This document shows positions 1 to 9,301 of a stretch of DNA of 64,000 nucleotides, in pieces. This DNA is from Gemmatimonadota bacterium (lineage in GTDB: Bacteria > Gemmatimonadota > Gemmatimonadetes > Gemmatimonadales > GWC2-71-9). How positions within the stretch are numbered: the stretch's first letter is position 1; the number at the start of each line of letters is the position of its first letter. Position numbers and translations under genes: made by a program. The notes beneath the pieces are model-generated. The model made no database searches. It saw only the letters and a program-made list of their open reading frames with translations, and was not told the DNA's origin. The stretch spans positions 64,001 to 128,000 of the forward strand of contig JAZDCZ010000011.1 of NCBI GenBank assembly GCA_036679605.1. The letters are read 5' to 3'.

Positions 1-43
1 ACGATTCTGAAGGCCTGATTCGGGCCTCGCCGCCCTTCCCAAG

Positions 44-1135
44 TCACCGCCTTACTGCCGGCAGGATATCCTCATAGAGGAAGCGGACTGCCCCCTGGGA
101 TTCCTCCGGGTCGTCGGACCACCCTAACGCCACCACGACCATGTCGTGGTCCGGGATCCAGAAGACGTACTGCCCTCCTAGGCCCGTTCCCGCCACTATG
201 GGGCTTCCGCCCTCGACGGCCGGATCCGGGGCGAAGACCCACCACAGGTAGGCGTAGCCGACGAACGGATCAGCCTCCTTGGAGAAGCGGAACTTGGTGC
301 GGGTCGACCGTTCCACCCAGCCGGCCGGTACAACCTGGCGCCCCTGCCAGACGCCGCCCTGGAGCATGGTCACGCCGATCTTGGCTAGGTCCCGTGGGCG
401 CAGGTGGAGACCTCCTCCTGCATGGGGGTGCCCTTCCGCGTTCCGTTCCCACTCGTAGCGCTCGATGCCAAGAGGCTCGAAGATGTGCTCGCGGGCATAG
501 TCGTCCACATGCACACCCGTGGTGCGCCGGAAGATCTCCGACAGAGCGATGACGCCCCCACTGTCATAGCGCCACGTGGAGGTGGGCTCCGCTACCATCT
601 CCTGGTCCAGCCAGAACTTGGCCCACCCCCGACGCATCCGGTTGAGCCTATAGTGGGGCGAGCCAGCGTAGCCCTCCTCGTAGGCCGTCCCCGTGCTCAT
701 GCGGAGAATGTCACCGATGTCGATGGCCTCCTTCCACGCGTTTCGGTTCTCGATTTCCAGGTCGGGAAAGAACTCGACGACCCGCTGCTCTAGGCTATCA
801 AGCGCGCGCTGCTCCAGGGCGATGCCCACGGCCATGGATACCACGCCCTTGGAGATGGACTGCATCTCGTGGAGGCGGTCCGAGCTCCAGCGCCCGAAGT
901 ACTCCTCGAAAACCAGGTGGCCGTTCCGCACCACGAGCACGGCATGGGTGCTCCCGTAGGTCCCGTCCCGGACTTTGTCGGCCAGGACCGCGAGCGCGAC
1001 ACCATCGAGACCTTGCTCTTCCGGAGTGGAAAATGGAAGGCCTTCCTCCGCCTGGGCGGAGGGCACGGCTGACCCGGCGCACCCTGGCAGCACCGACAGG
1101 AGCACTGCCATCACCAGCAAGACGCGAACGAGCAT
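44..1135 (-). CDS. Serine hydrolase, beta-lactamase (class C/AmpC-like) family, probably exported or a lipoprotein
   Basis: SxxK motif (MQSISK), YxS motif (WRYDSG), LRPRDLAKIG and GLGGQY segments typical of the family. Hydrophobic N-terminus ends in LPGC. Start set at ATG 1135, which follows a GGGAGG SD; the ORF track starts at 1174. Confidence 0.88.
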   Translation of the reverse strand: MLVRVLLVMAVLLSVLPGCAGSAVPSAQAEEGLPFSTPEEQGLDGVALAVLADKVRDGTYGSTHAVLVVRNGHLVFEEYFGRWSSDRLHEMQSISKGVVSMAVGIALEQRALDSLEQRVVEFFPDLEIENRNAWKEAIDIGDILRMSTGTAYEEGYAGSPHYRLNRMRRGWAKFWLDQEMVAEPTSTWRYDSGGVIALSEIFRRTTGVHVDDYAREHIFEPLGIERYEWERNAEGHPHAGGGLHLRPRDLAKIGVTMLQGGVWQGRQVVPAGWVERSTRTKFRFSKEADPFVGYAYLWWVFAPDPAVEGGSPIVAGTGLGGQYVFWIPDHDMVVVALGWSDDPEESQGAVRFLYEDILPAVRR

Positions 1136-1207
1136 ACTTACCTCCCGAGACCGAGTGAATCGAACGACAACCAAGAATTATCTACTCGAGTATCGCGCAT
1201 GCCTCGG

Positions 1208-2053
1208 TTAATCGCCCACCATCAGCAACGTAGCAAGCGCGGCGAGCACCAGACCCGTCCCCTGACGTCGAGACAACCGTTCATGCAGCAGAACGGTTGC
1301 CATGGCGATTGTAGCCGCCGGATACAGGGAGGTCACGACCGACACCGGGCCGAGGGGGCCTGTGGAGAGGGCCCAGAACAGTATTATTGCTCCTCCTACG
1401 TTGAACGTCGCGGAGACGGCGACCAGCTTGACGGCGTAACGCGGCGGGAAAAACGACGAGCGCGTGGCCACGGCGAGTAAGGCGAACACTAAGAGGGCGG
1501 ACATTCGTGACGAAGCCACAGGCCAGAGGCCTGTTGACGCTTCGGCGCGAGAGAGGAGAATGAAGTAAGATCCGATGGCGACGCCTGCGCCGGTCGCGAG
1601 GAGCTGACTCTGTCGGGCAGGGGCGATGGTACCGTGCAAGATTGGGCCGGCGCCTGGAGGTAGTGCCGCGAGCAGCGCCATCGCGGCCACGCCAAGCAAC
1701 GCGCCGGTAAGCGGGGCGAAAGTGAGTCGGTCACCGAGCAGCAACCCGACGAGGACGGGAATCGCAGCGCCAACTACGGCGGTGACTGGCGCGACCGCAC
1801 TCATGACCCCGGCGGCGAGCGCTCGGTAGAGCAGCCCGAGCCCGAGCCCTCCAGCGAGGCCTGCGGCTCCGCCCCACCACACTCCGGCCCAATCAACGGG
1901 CTGCCGAAACAACGCGATGACGGCCAACGTGATGACAGCGCCGATCGAGTACACCGCGATCATGAGAGGGATCAGGGGGGATCTTCGGGCCGCCAACCCC
2001 CCGTAGAAATCGGCAACACCAAATATTGCGGCAGCGAGTACGGCGAGATGCAT
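1208..2053 (-). CDS. DMT/EamA-family membrane transporter
   Basis: 281 aa, about 10 hydrophobic helices in two halves. GVADFYGG N-terminus and SLYPAAT...LLHERLS motif. Confidence 0.85.
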   Translation of the reverse strand: MHLAVLAAAIFGVADFYGGLAARRSPLIPLMIAVYSIGAVITLAVIALFRQPVDWAGVWWGGAAGLAGGLGLGLLYRALAAGVMSAVAPVTAVVGAAIPVLVGLLLGDRLTFAPLTGALLGVAAMALLAALPPGAGPILHGTIAPARQSQLLATGAGVAIGSYFILLSRAEASTGLWPVASSRMSALLVFALLAVATRSSFFPPRYAVKLVAVSATFNVGGAIILFWALSTGPLGPVSVVTSLYPAATIAMATVLLHERLSRRQGTGLVLAALATLLMVGD

Positions 2054-2287
2054 GTCTGTTGAACCGATCTAACACAAGATTGAACCAGCGCGGCGACTTC
2101 GACGGCTCCAAAAGTACGTGCCGAAAAAGGGGAATCAAGGATCCACCTTTGGCATTCTAAGGGTGGCCAATTCAGCGGGCAGTGCGTGTGCGAGTCGCGG
2201 ACATCCGTGTCCGAAGTCCCTGTGCCGCACCTGACAATCTCACGCTAGGTGGGGTACCGGCCTCAACAGTTGTCAGCTAGGGGAATC

Positions 2288-3178
2288 TTAGGTTGTCTCG
2301 CCTGTGCGGCGGAGTACTTTCGCTAGGCCCGGTGGATGGCGGCGGAACAGTCCCCGAACGTACTTGGAGAACCGACGTTTGACGGACGGTGTTCCGTCCC
2401 GCTGGAGCGTGTCCGCGAACCGCGCGAGCACAAATTCGGCAGCCTTCGCTGAATGGTGCACCCATGCCAGGAACGGATTGCGTGACCATACTCCGAAGTA
2501 GACTTCCTGTGCGTCTCGGTCGAGGTAGGCCGTCAGGAGTTCCGTTCCGTCGACTACGATGTCCAGCCAGTGGCCATCCCAATGCGAGGCATATTCGTCC
2601 GCATCAACCGCAATCGCCCAATCGATCCCTTTTAACGCTACATCGCCGTAGGTCTGTACTGTCACGGTGACGCCCCTTGCGTGGGCACTTTGCAGCTCAT
2701 CCGCGACCATGGCAACTACCCTCGGTGAAAGGTCGGCGACAACAACGTCTCTACTTCCGCGGATCATAGCGCGGCAACGAGACAGTACTTGGTCGCGCTC
2801 GTTTATCGAGTATATGCCGTCATCTGCAGAAGAAGGCCCTACGAAATCCTGGAGTTGGTGCTCGACCGAGAGTCGACGCTGACGGAACTCGTGCTCCATC
2901 GCGCCAAAAAGCTCCGACGGCTGAATCGCGCGGTACCTCTGAGTGCTGCCGGTCTGGGTCGCGAGCACCGCACCCTTCCGATGCAGCGACTCCATAGCCT
3001 TGTACACGTTTGCCACGGGCTTGTTGAGCGCTTGCGCGACACGATACCCCGAAGCCGCACCCTCAAGCAGTAGGCAAACATAGACCCTGCTTTCGAGGGG
3101 CGTATATCCGAATCCGGTAAGGGCCTGTGACGCTCGCTCTATTGCGCTGCGTCCGATACGGCGTTTGGCTTGCGCCAT
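2288..3178 (-). CDS. TrmB-family transcriptional regulator
   Basis: N-terminal wHTH LTGFGYTPLESRVYVCLL...SGYRVAQ...VYKAMESLHRKGAV, followed by a TrmB-like C-terminal domain (IVVDGTELL). Confidence 0.85.
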   Translation of the reverse strand: MAQAKRRIGRSAIERASQALTGFGYTPLESRVYVCLLLEGAASGYRVAQALNKPVANVYKAMESLHRKGAVLATQTGSTQRYRAIQPSELFGAMEHEFRQRRLSVEHQLQDFVGPSSADDGIYSINERDQVLSRCRAMIRGSRDVVVADLSPRVVAMVADELQSAHARGVTVTVQTYGDVALKGIDWAIAVDADEYASHWDGHWLDIVVDGTELLTAYLDRDAQEVYFGVWSRNPFLAWVHHSAKAAEFVLARFADTLQRDGTPSVKRRFSKYVRGLFRRHPPGLAKVLRRTGETT

Positions 3179-3351
3179 TTCGAGAACTCAGATCAAGATG
3201 ATGACTTGTGAGAATATAACCTAGGGCGATTTCCGAGGTTCAAACTTCCGAGCGGCGGCAAGCTGCACCTCGAAGATGTCGACGATGTCGTGAGACAGCG
3301 CCAGCGACAACTCGTGTCTCGGGACCGCGCGCTACTGCTGTCCGCAGTGGT

Positions 3352-6300
3352 CTAACGCCGGCTGCGGTTCTCTGCGGCTGGACGCTTCGGCTGTACCGGC
3401 GGATTCAGTTCCAAGAGCTTTAGCACCTCTTGGACGGCGCGCTCCAGCTGAGGATCCACGCCGCGGGCCAGTTGTGTCGGGTCTTCCGGAACCTCGATGT
3501 CCGGTTCCACCCCGTGCCCTTCGGCAAACCAATCGCCGCCGGGATCGTAGTTCCGGTACGTCGGCACGGACAGGGAGCCGCCGTCGATAAGATCCGGTGC
3601 CCCCGTCAGCCCGATACGGCCACCCCAAGTCCGGGTCCCGATGATGGGCCCCACCTGGGCCTTGCGGAAGAACTCCGGGAACGCGTCACCGCCTGAGCCG
3701 GCCCATCCGTTGATCAGCATTACTTTAGGACCGTTGACCGCAACGATCGGCCAGGTGGCATCCTGACCGTAACGCCGAGCTTGAAAATTGAGCGGCGACC
3801 TGCCCAGCAATTCGATCATACGGTCCGGCAGGAACCCCCCACTGTTGAACCGCTCGTCGATGATGAGCCCTTCCTTGTCGATCTGTGCTAAGAACATGCG
3901 CATTAGCTCATTGTGCCCGCGTGTTCCAGTGTTGGGCACGTGGATGTACCCGATCCGGCCGCTGGTCGCCTCCTCGACATGGCGACGGTTGACTTCGACC
4001 CAGGCGCGGTAACGCACATTGCCTTCGTCGGACCGAGCGTCGACCAGCACCTCGCGGGCGCCGACCACGGTTGGCTTGTCGTTCACGGTGAGAGCGACCG
4101 TCCGGCCTGCAAGTCCCTGAAACGATGCCCACGGGTCCTTGGACACGTTTAGCGGCACGCCGTTGACCGCCAGCACGTAGTCACCTTCACTGATGCCGAC
4201 ACCGGGCTCGGCCAGCGGCGACCGGGAAACGGCGTCCCACGATGCCCCCTCGATGATGCGCGCAATCCGGTAGGTTCCGTGCTCGAGGGTCCAGTCTACG
4301 CCAAGCATCCCCACCGATCGCCGCGCAGCGGACTCCGTGTCCCCTCCAGAACGATAGGTATGGGACGAGTTCAACTCGCCGATCATCTCGCCGATAACGA
4401 AGTTCACATCCCATCGGGTCACGGCATGCCCAAGCAGGCGCCGATATCGATCGCGCATTGCATCCCAGTCCACACCGTGCATCGTTGAGTCGTAGAAGAA
4501 GTCGCGTTGGAAGCGCCAAGCGTCGCTGAAAAGCTGTCCCCATTCCTCTTGCGGGTCGACCGTCATCTCCAACTCAGCCGTGCGGAGCGCCGTGCCGAAG
4601 CTCTGTTCGGACTTGACCTCGACAATGGCATACTGCCCATTTCGCCTCACGAGGGCCTTCTTGCCGTCCGCGGAGAGCGTAAACCAGTCCACGTTATCTA
4701 TGACAGTTTGTTCCTCGCGCTCCGATAGATCGTAGTACATCAACGTGGATTCGTCATCTCCGGAACCAGTGCGAGGATCTCGCAGGTACACGACCCGCCT
4801 AGGCGCCGCGTGCATGGGGCCGAAGTTTCCGGGATCAGGCGGGAGGACTACAGCTCGCCGTTCGAAGTCCTGAATGGTAATCTCAACTCCGGCAGTGTCC
4901 CCCTGCTCCGCCTTGCCGGATTCGTCTTCGTGCCCCCGTGGTTCGGCATCGCTTCGCGGGGTGACAGGAGATGGCACATCGTCTCGCAACGGGACCGCTA
5001 GGAGATTCGTAGCGTTCATGTGAATCCAAGTCCAATCAAAATCGCCAAACGTCAGATCGAAGTTCCGGGCGGAAAAGAAGTACAGGTAATCACCGTCTGG
5101 ATCGAATTCCGGACCCCAGTCCATGTAAAACCCCGAAGAGACTTGATGGCGCTCGCCGGTTTGTGTATCGAACAGGAAGATCGCTCGGTTCAAATTTTGC
5201 AGCGGGCGCGCAAAGGCAAACCACCGGCCATCAGATGACCAGCTAACCGTGAAGTTTTCGAGCGCGCCGTGACCCTGCCAGAGTCCCTCATCAACCACCA
5301 CGGTTCTACGTGTGTCCCGGTCGTACACACGTAGTACGCTTCTCTCATCGATAAAGGCGAGTTTCCGGCTGTCTGGTGACCAGTAAGGCCGGAACCGGTA
5401 GCCGGCCCCCAGCGATGTCAGGCGCTCCTCTGTCCCGAGTCCCTGGGAGGATCGGAGAGTGAGTTCGTACTCCCCTGAGCGGTCGCTCCAAAACGCGACA
5501 TCCTGCCCGTCGGGCGACCACGCGGCGTATCGTTCCGCCACCCCGGAACTGCGCGTAAGATTGAGAATCGGGCCATGCTCGGCCGGAACCGTGAACAGCT
5601 CACCGCGCGCCTCGAAAACGGTGCGTTGACCGCTCGGCGAAAGCGATGCGTTCTGGATCAGTCCCGACACCTGCTCCACTCGCGGACGAAGTGTTGCGCG
5701 ATCCGTTACGACGTGCACGTCAACCGGTCGCGCCTGCTCGGTCGCCAGGTCCATGAGATAGAGCCGTCCCCCGAGTTCGAACACGATATCCGACGGCCCT
5801 ATGGCCGGAAAGTGGATGTCGAATTCTTCGAACTGTGTGACCTGTCGAACCGCTTCCGTGTCGAGATCGTACGCCCAGATATTGTACCGCTGATTCGGTC
5901 CCCGATCGGACAGGAAATAGAGCGTGCGACCGTGCCACATCGGATGTTCGTCATTCGCAGGATGTGCCGTAATGTTGCGGGACTCGAGTGTCTCGAGATC
6001 AAACAGCCAGATGTCGGCCGCCCAGCCACCCCGGTAGCGCTTCCACGTCCGGAAGGTGCGCGACTGGGGAGTGTATGCGAGTACGGTCCCGTCTGGCGAA
6101 ACTGTACCGAATTCCCCATACGGCACGGGCAACTTTTGCGGCATACCACCCTGAGCGCTGGTGCTATAGAACTGGCCGTAGCGAAGAATCCCGCTTCCCA
6201 TGGGGGATAGGTACAGGAGGGACGCCCCGTCAGCATACCAATCGAGCATTCGATCCGTCCAAGGATGATGTGTAACCCGGACGACGTCTCCGCCGCTCGC

Positions 6301-6585
6301 CGGCATGACATAGATGTCCGTGTTTCCGTCATAATTGCTGTTGAAAGCGATCCGTCCGCCATCCGGCGAGAAACGCGGAAAGGACTCCTCTCCGGGAGGC
6401 GTGCTCAGCCGTTGGGCCGTACCTCCCGTCCGGGAGGCCACCCAGACATCACCGGCGTAGACAAACGCGATTTGAGTCTCAGAGACATCCGGCTGGCGCA
6501 ACATCCTGGCGTCGACCTGCGCGTAAAGAGATCCTGGCGCAAGCGCGAGTGACATAACGAGGGCAGGGTGTGTCGGGAACGTCAT
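3352..6585 (-). CDS. Tricorn-like S41 protease with beta-propellers and PDZ domain, exported
   Basis: PD40/propeller repeats (PRFSPDG, AWSPDG), WKRYRGG motif, catalytic His (LNSSHTY) and Ser (GWAGSGGDAF), C-terminal EGHGVEPDI...DPQLERA. Start set at ATG 6585 after a GGAGA SD. Confidence 0.93.
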   Translation of the reverse strand: MTFPTHPALVMSLALAPGSLYAQVDARMLRQPDVSETQIAFVYAGDVWVASRTGGTAQRLSTPPGEESFPRFSPDGGRIAFNSNYDGNTDIYVMPASGGDVVRVTHHPWTDRMLDWYADGASLLYLSPMGSGILRYGQFYSTSAQGGMPQKLPVPYGEFGTVSPDGTVLAYTPQSRTFRTWKRYRGGWAADIWLFDLETLESRNITAHPANDEHPMWHGRTLYFLSDRGPNQRYNIWAYDLDTEAVRQVTQFEEFDIHFPAIGPSDIVFELGGRLYLMDLATEQARPVDVHVVTDRATLRPRVEQVSGLIQNASLSPSGQRTVFEARGELFTVPAEHGPILNLTRSSGVAERYAAWSPDGQDVAFWSDRSGEYELTLRSSQGLGTEERLTSLGAGYRFRPYWSPDSRKLAFIDERSVLRVYDRDTRRTVVVDEGLWQGHGALENFTVSWSSDGRWFAFARPLQNLNRAIFLFDTQTGERHQVSSGFYMDWGPEFDPDGDYLYFFSARNFDLTFGDFDWTWIHMNATNLLAVPLRDDVPSPVTPRSDAEPRGHEDESGKAEQGDTAGVEITIQDFERRAVVLPPDPGNFGPMHAAPRRVVYLRDPRTGSGDDESTLMYYDLSEREEQTVIDNVDWFTLSADGKKALVRRNGQYAIVEVKSEQSFGTALRTAELEMTVDPQEEWGQLFSDAWRFQRDFFYDSTMHGVDWDAMRDRYRRLLGHAVTRWDVNFVIGEMIGELNSSHTYRSGGDTESAARRSVGMLGVDWTLEHGTYRIARIIEGASWDAVSRSPLAEPGVGISEGDYVLAVNGVPLNVSKDPWASFQGLAGRTVALTVNDKPTVVGAREVLVDARSDEGNVRYRAWVEVNRRHVEEATSGRIGYIHVPNTGTRGHNELMRMFLAQIDKEGLIIDERFNSGGFLPDRMIELLGRSPLNFQARRYGQDATWPIVAVNGPKVMLINGWAGSGGDAFPEFFRKAQVGPIIGTRTWGGRIGLTGAPDLIDGGSLSVPTYRNYDPGGDWFAEGHGVEPDIEVPEDPTQLARGVDPQLERAVQEVLKLLELNPPVQPKRPAAENRSRR

Positions 6586-6616
6586 TGCGGTCTCCAATAT
6601 TGCGGTTGACCCGGCG

Positions 6617-8161
6617 TCAAGCGGAGGGAACCATAACGGTGACCGTCTTGGGCGGGTGACGCTGTGCCGCTCGTGCGTCACTCAGGCGGCTACTCATGAC
6701 GACGGTGTTGAGGACCTTCGAGAGTGCAGCGACGCCGGGCCGGATCTGGTCGTCACGAATGGCGCCATAGCCCATCACGAGCCCGGCCGGCGCGGGGGCG
6801 TCGAGCATCCGACCGTCGAGCGTTTCAATGCCAATCCCTGCCTCGAGCGCGCGGCGTCGCACCTCCGGGAGCTGTTGGGCAGCCACACCGGGGAGCCAGA
6901 CGAGCACATGCACCCCAGCATGTTCCCCCTGGATTGGTACGCCGACCCCCAGGCTGCTCCTCAAGGCCTCTAATAGAGTGCGCCTTCGGGCATCGTACCG
7001 GATCCGCGCGATGCGCGCGTGGCGAACGAGATGCCCATCCTCAATGAAGCGTATGAGCGCCTCCTGCTCGACCGTAAGCCCGGCCGCATCCATCGACCGC
7101 AGCGCCTCCCGGAACAGCGGAGCGAGGTTAACCGGAAGAACCAGATACGCTAGAGGCAGACCCGGCGTTGCCGGGAACAGGGCCCCCAGATGAACGACAC
7201 GTGCGGCGCTGTCCAACGCAATCAGAGGTTCGAGAGCACTGCGCTCGTACCGGAACCCCGCACCCGTATCGTCTTCCAATATCATTGCCCCGGTGCGCTC
7301 AGCCCACCGCAACACGGCTAGCCGGCGGTCTCTAGGCAGGACCGCGCCGGTGGGGCATTGATGTGACGGCGTTATGTGGAGTAGACGAACCGGATCCGCA
7401 AGGTCCGGAAGCTTGGCGGGCACGAGACCACTGTCGTCGGTCGCCACGGGGGTAAGGGTGGCACCTTGAGCCTTGATCAACTCACCGACGCGCCTGTCAT
7501 GCGCTACTTCGATCGCCACGTGATCCCCCGCATCGAGCAGCGTGCGACAGACGACGTCTACACCTTGCTGCATGTTTTTCACGGGGACGATCTGGTCGGC
7601 GAAGCAGGGCACGCCGCGCACGCGTGTAAGATGACCGGCCAGCGCATGTCGGAGGGCACGGTCTGCGCCCGCCGGCTCCGAAGGGCCAAGCCGTTGGCGG
7701 CTCGCTCGGACGATCAGTCGATGCCATGTCGTCGGGAACAGCGGCTCGGGATCGCGGCGATAGCGCCGGAACTCGTAGCGGACAGGTGTGGACGGTTCCG
7801 CGGGGGCCCTCTCGGGTATCTCGATGCTTTTTTTTACCTGCTGTGCCCACCTCGAGATACGGAACGGGACGCGCACTCCGCCGTGACACGACCGTTCGGA
7901 ATGGACAGTGACGGCGGACGCGCCGTTCCACGCGACGTACGTCCCCGACCCCACTTGCCCACGTACGAAGCCCTCGCCTTCTAGCCGCTCGAAGGCCATG
8001 AGCACGACCTTCCGGGACACACCCAGCTCATCCGCCAGGCTCCGCGTGGAGGGTAACCGCATGCCGCACGGTAGTCGTCCTGCCTCGATGCCCGACCGGA
8101 CCGCTCGGTACAGACGCTGATACAGCGGTCCGTTCCCTGTCATGGGGAGCGCGATCGTCAT
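6617..8161 (-). CDS. MocR/GabR-family regulator (GntR wHTH plus aminotransferase-like domain)
   Basis: PLYQRLY...LPSTRSLADELGVSR...GSGTYV wHTH, with TPSHQCPTG and ILEDD motifs. Start at ATG 8161 is uncertain; the ORF track starts at 8200. Confidence 0.87.
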   Translation of the reverse strand: MTIALPMTGNGPLYQRLYRAVRSGIEAGRLPCGMRLPSTRSLADELGVSRKVVLMAFERLEGEGFVRGQVGSGTYVAWNGASAVTVHSERSCHGGVRVPFRISRWAQQVKKSIEIPERAPAEPSTPVRYEFRRYRRDPEPLFPTTWHRLIVRASRQRLGPSEPAGADRALRHALAGHLTRVRGVPCFADQIVPVKNMQQGVDVVCRTLLDAGDHVAIEVAHDRRVGELIKAQGATLTPVATDDSGLVPAKLPDLADPVRLLHITPSHQCPTGAVLPRDRRLAVLRWAERTGAMILEDDTGAGFRYERSALEPLIALDSAARVVHLGALFPATPGLPLAYLVLPVNLAPLFREALRSMDAAGLTVEQEALIRFIEDGHLVRHARIARIRYDARRRTLLEALRSSLGVGVPIQGEHAGVHVLVWLPGVAAQQLPEVRRRALEAGIGIETLDGRMLDAPAPAGLVMGYGAIRDDQIRPGVAALSKVLNTVVMSSRLSDARAAQRHPPKTVTVMVPSA

Positions 8162-8314
8162 ATGAACGTGCGCTCCGAGGGTGAAGACGAGTAGACACAC
8201 GAGGCGATCCGAATAACAAGCAAGGTCTTCCTCCGAGCAATTGAACGCGGGTCTCTATTGCTCATGTCAACGGTCAATACCGACCGAGACCGATCGGGTC
8301 AGAGTTTTGCTCCG

Positions 8315-8338
8315 TATTAGTAGTAATATGTACTAATA
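8315..8338. promoter_or_regulatory. Perfect inverted repeat TATTAGTA-N8-TACTAATA, candidate operator
   Basis: 8-bp perfect arms in an AT-rich patch of the divergent intergenic region. A minus-strand TTGACG lies at 8358-8353. Confidence 0.6.
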
Positions 8339-8653
8339 TACCTCTACTGGCCCGTCAAGTTCCCGAGAACAGTTGCCGGGCACACACCACTGGTCCGTCG
8401 TCGTCGGGTGACCTCACTCCCGGTGGACCAGCCCAGTGGCCTCCTTGTTCCGTCCTCTAGTGGCTCCTTGACACGCCCGCGTAAACGGGCGGCATTCTGA
8501 CTTCTTGCGCTTTCTCTTGGACTGACTTCAGACAGGGAAGGTTACAGGGGGCAGGAGATAGCATTTTTCCACCTCCTCGATCATTGCAGTGGTGCCAGTT
8601 GCGTAGATCCAGCTTCGTGATTCTGTACTTGCTCGGCATTCTGGCCCTTCCTC

Positions 8654-9169
8654 GTGGCTGATATCCTAGCTCGCGTGACGTTTCGATTGGCCGTCTTGGC
8701 GCTTGTCTCACCATCGACGTTAGCAGCCCAATCGGGATTTGAGTGTCCCGTGACAGCCTTGGAGTACCGTCTACCAACGATCGTCGGTCTGATGAGGGGA
8801 CGTGATCCGATTTGGCTCGTTGACGGTTCGTTCGGAAAGTGGACGGGACCCGACGTCCTAGCAAAATCTGTTTGGGTCCTATCGCGCGATAAAGATGGTG
8901 AGTTCACGGTGGAGGGGCGGCGGTTGGATGCGCCCGGCACAATGTTCTTCCAAGACGGCTTAAGCGGATCGCCGATTGAGCGTTTAGTGATCACCGATGC
9001 CAGCGCCCAGATGATCACGCCCGGCGGAGCCACTCCCGAAATCATGGAACGATACGTCTTCTTGATGATGTACCTCATCTATCCGGACTCGGGGTGTTGG
9101 GAGATAACCGCACGGTTGGGTAACAGGACCACACGCATCGTCATCGAAAAAACGGTGTCTGGCGGCTAA
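8654..9169 (+). CDS. Hypothetical exported protein
   Basis: Signal-peptide-like N-terminus (LAVLALVSPSTLAAQ). The CPVT and YPDSGCWEITA cysteines could form a disulfide. No family recognised. Confidence 0.6.
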   Translation: MADILARVTFRLAVLALVSPSTLAAQSGFECPVTALEYRLPTIVGLMRGRDPIWLVDGSFGKWTGPDVLAKSVWVLSRDKDGEFTVEGRRLDAPGTMFFQDGLSGSPIERLVITDASAQMITPGGATPEIMERYVFLMMYLIYPDSGCWEITARLGNRTTRIVIEKTVSGG

Positions 9170-9301
9170 CTATTCGGTCCACGGTATCCCCTCAGTAGCT
9201 TCCCTTTGATGCTGGTCGGCCTTTCCATCTTGCTGTTCCTGCCGCATCAAGTTGACACTGCCCTTGCCGCTCATCGCGGCTGGCTAGGGGTGCCCAGGTG
9301 G

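Noticed and set aside
44..1135. Calling this a true beta-lactamase resistance gene regulated by the BlaI/M56 pair
   Set aside because: The family contains many esterases and amidases, the sensor lacks a penicillin-binding domain, and I did not see the AGTGCTAA operator upstream of this gene.
2139..2170. Imperfect inverted repeat (CCACC...GGTGG) upstream of the DMT transporter as a regulator site
   Set aside because: The arms are too short to distinguish from chance in GC-rich sequence.
6586..6681. Apparent overlap between the tricorn ORF and the MocR 3' end
   Set aside because: It disappears when the SD-supported ATG at 6585 is used.
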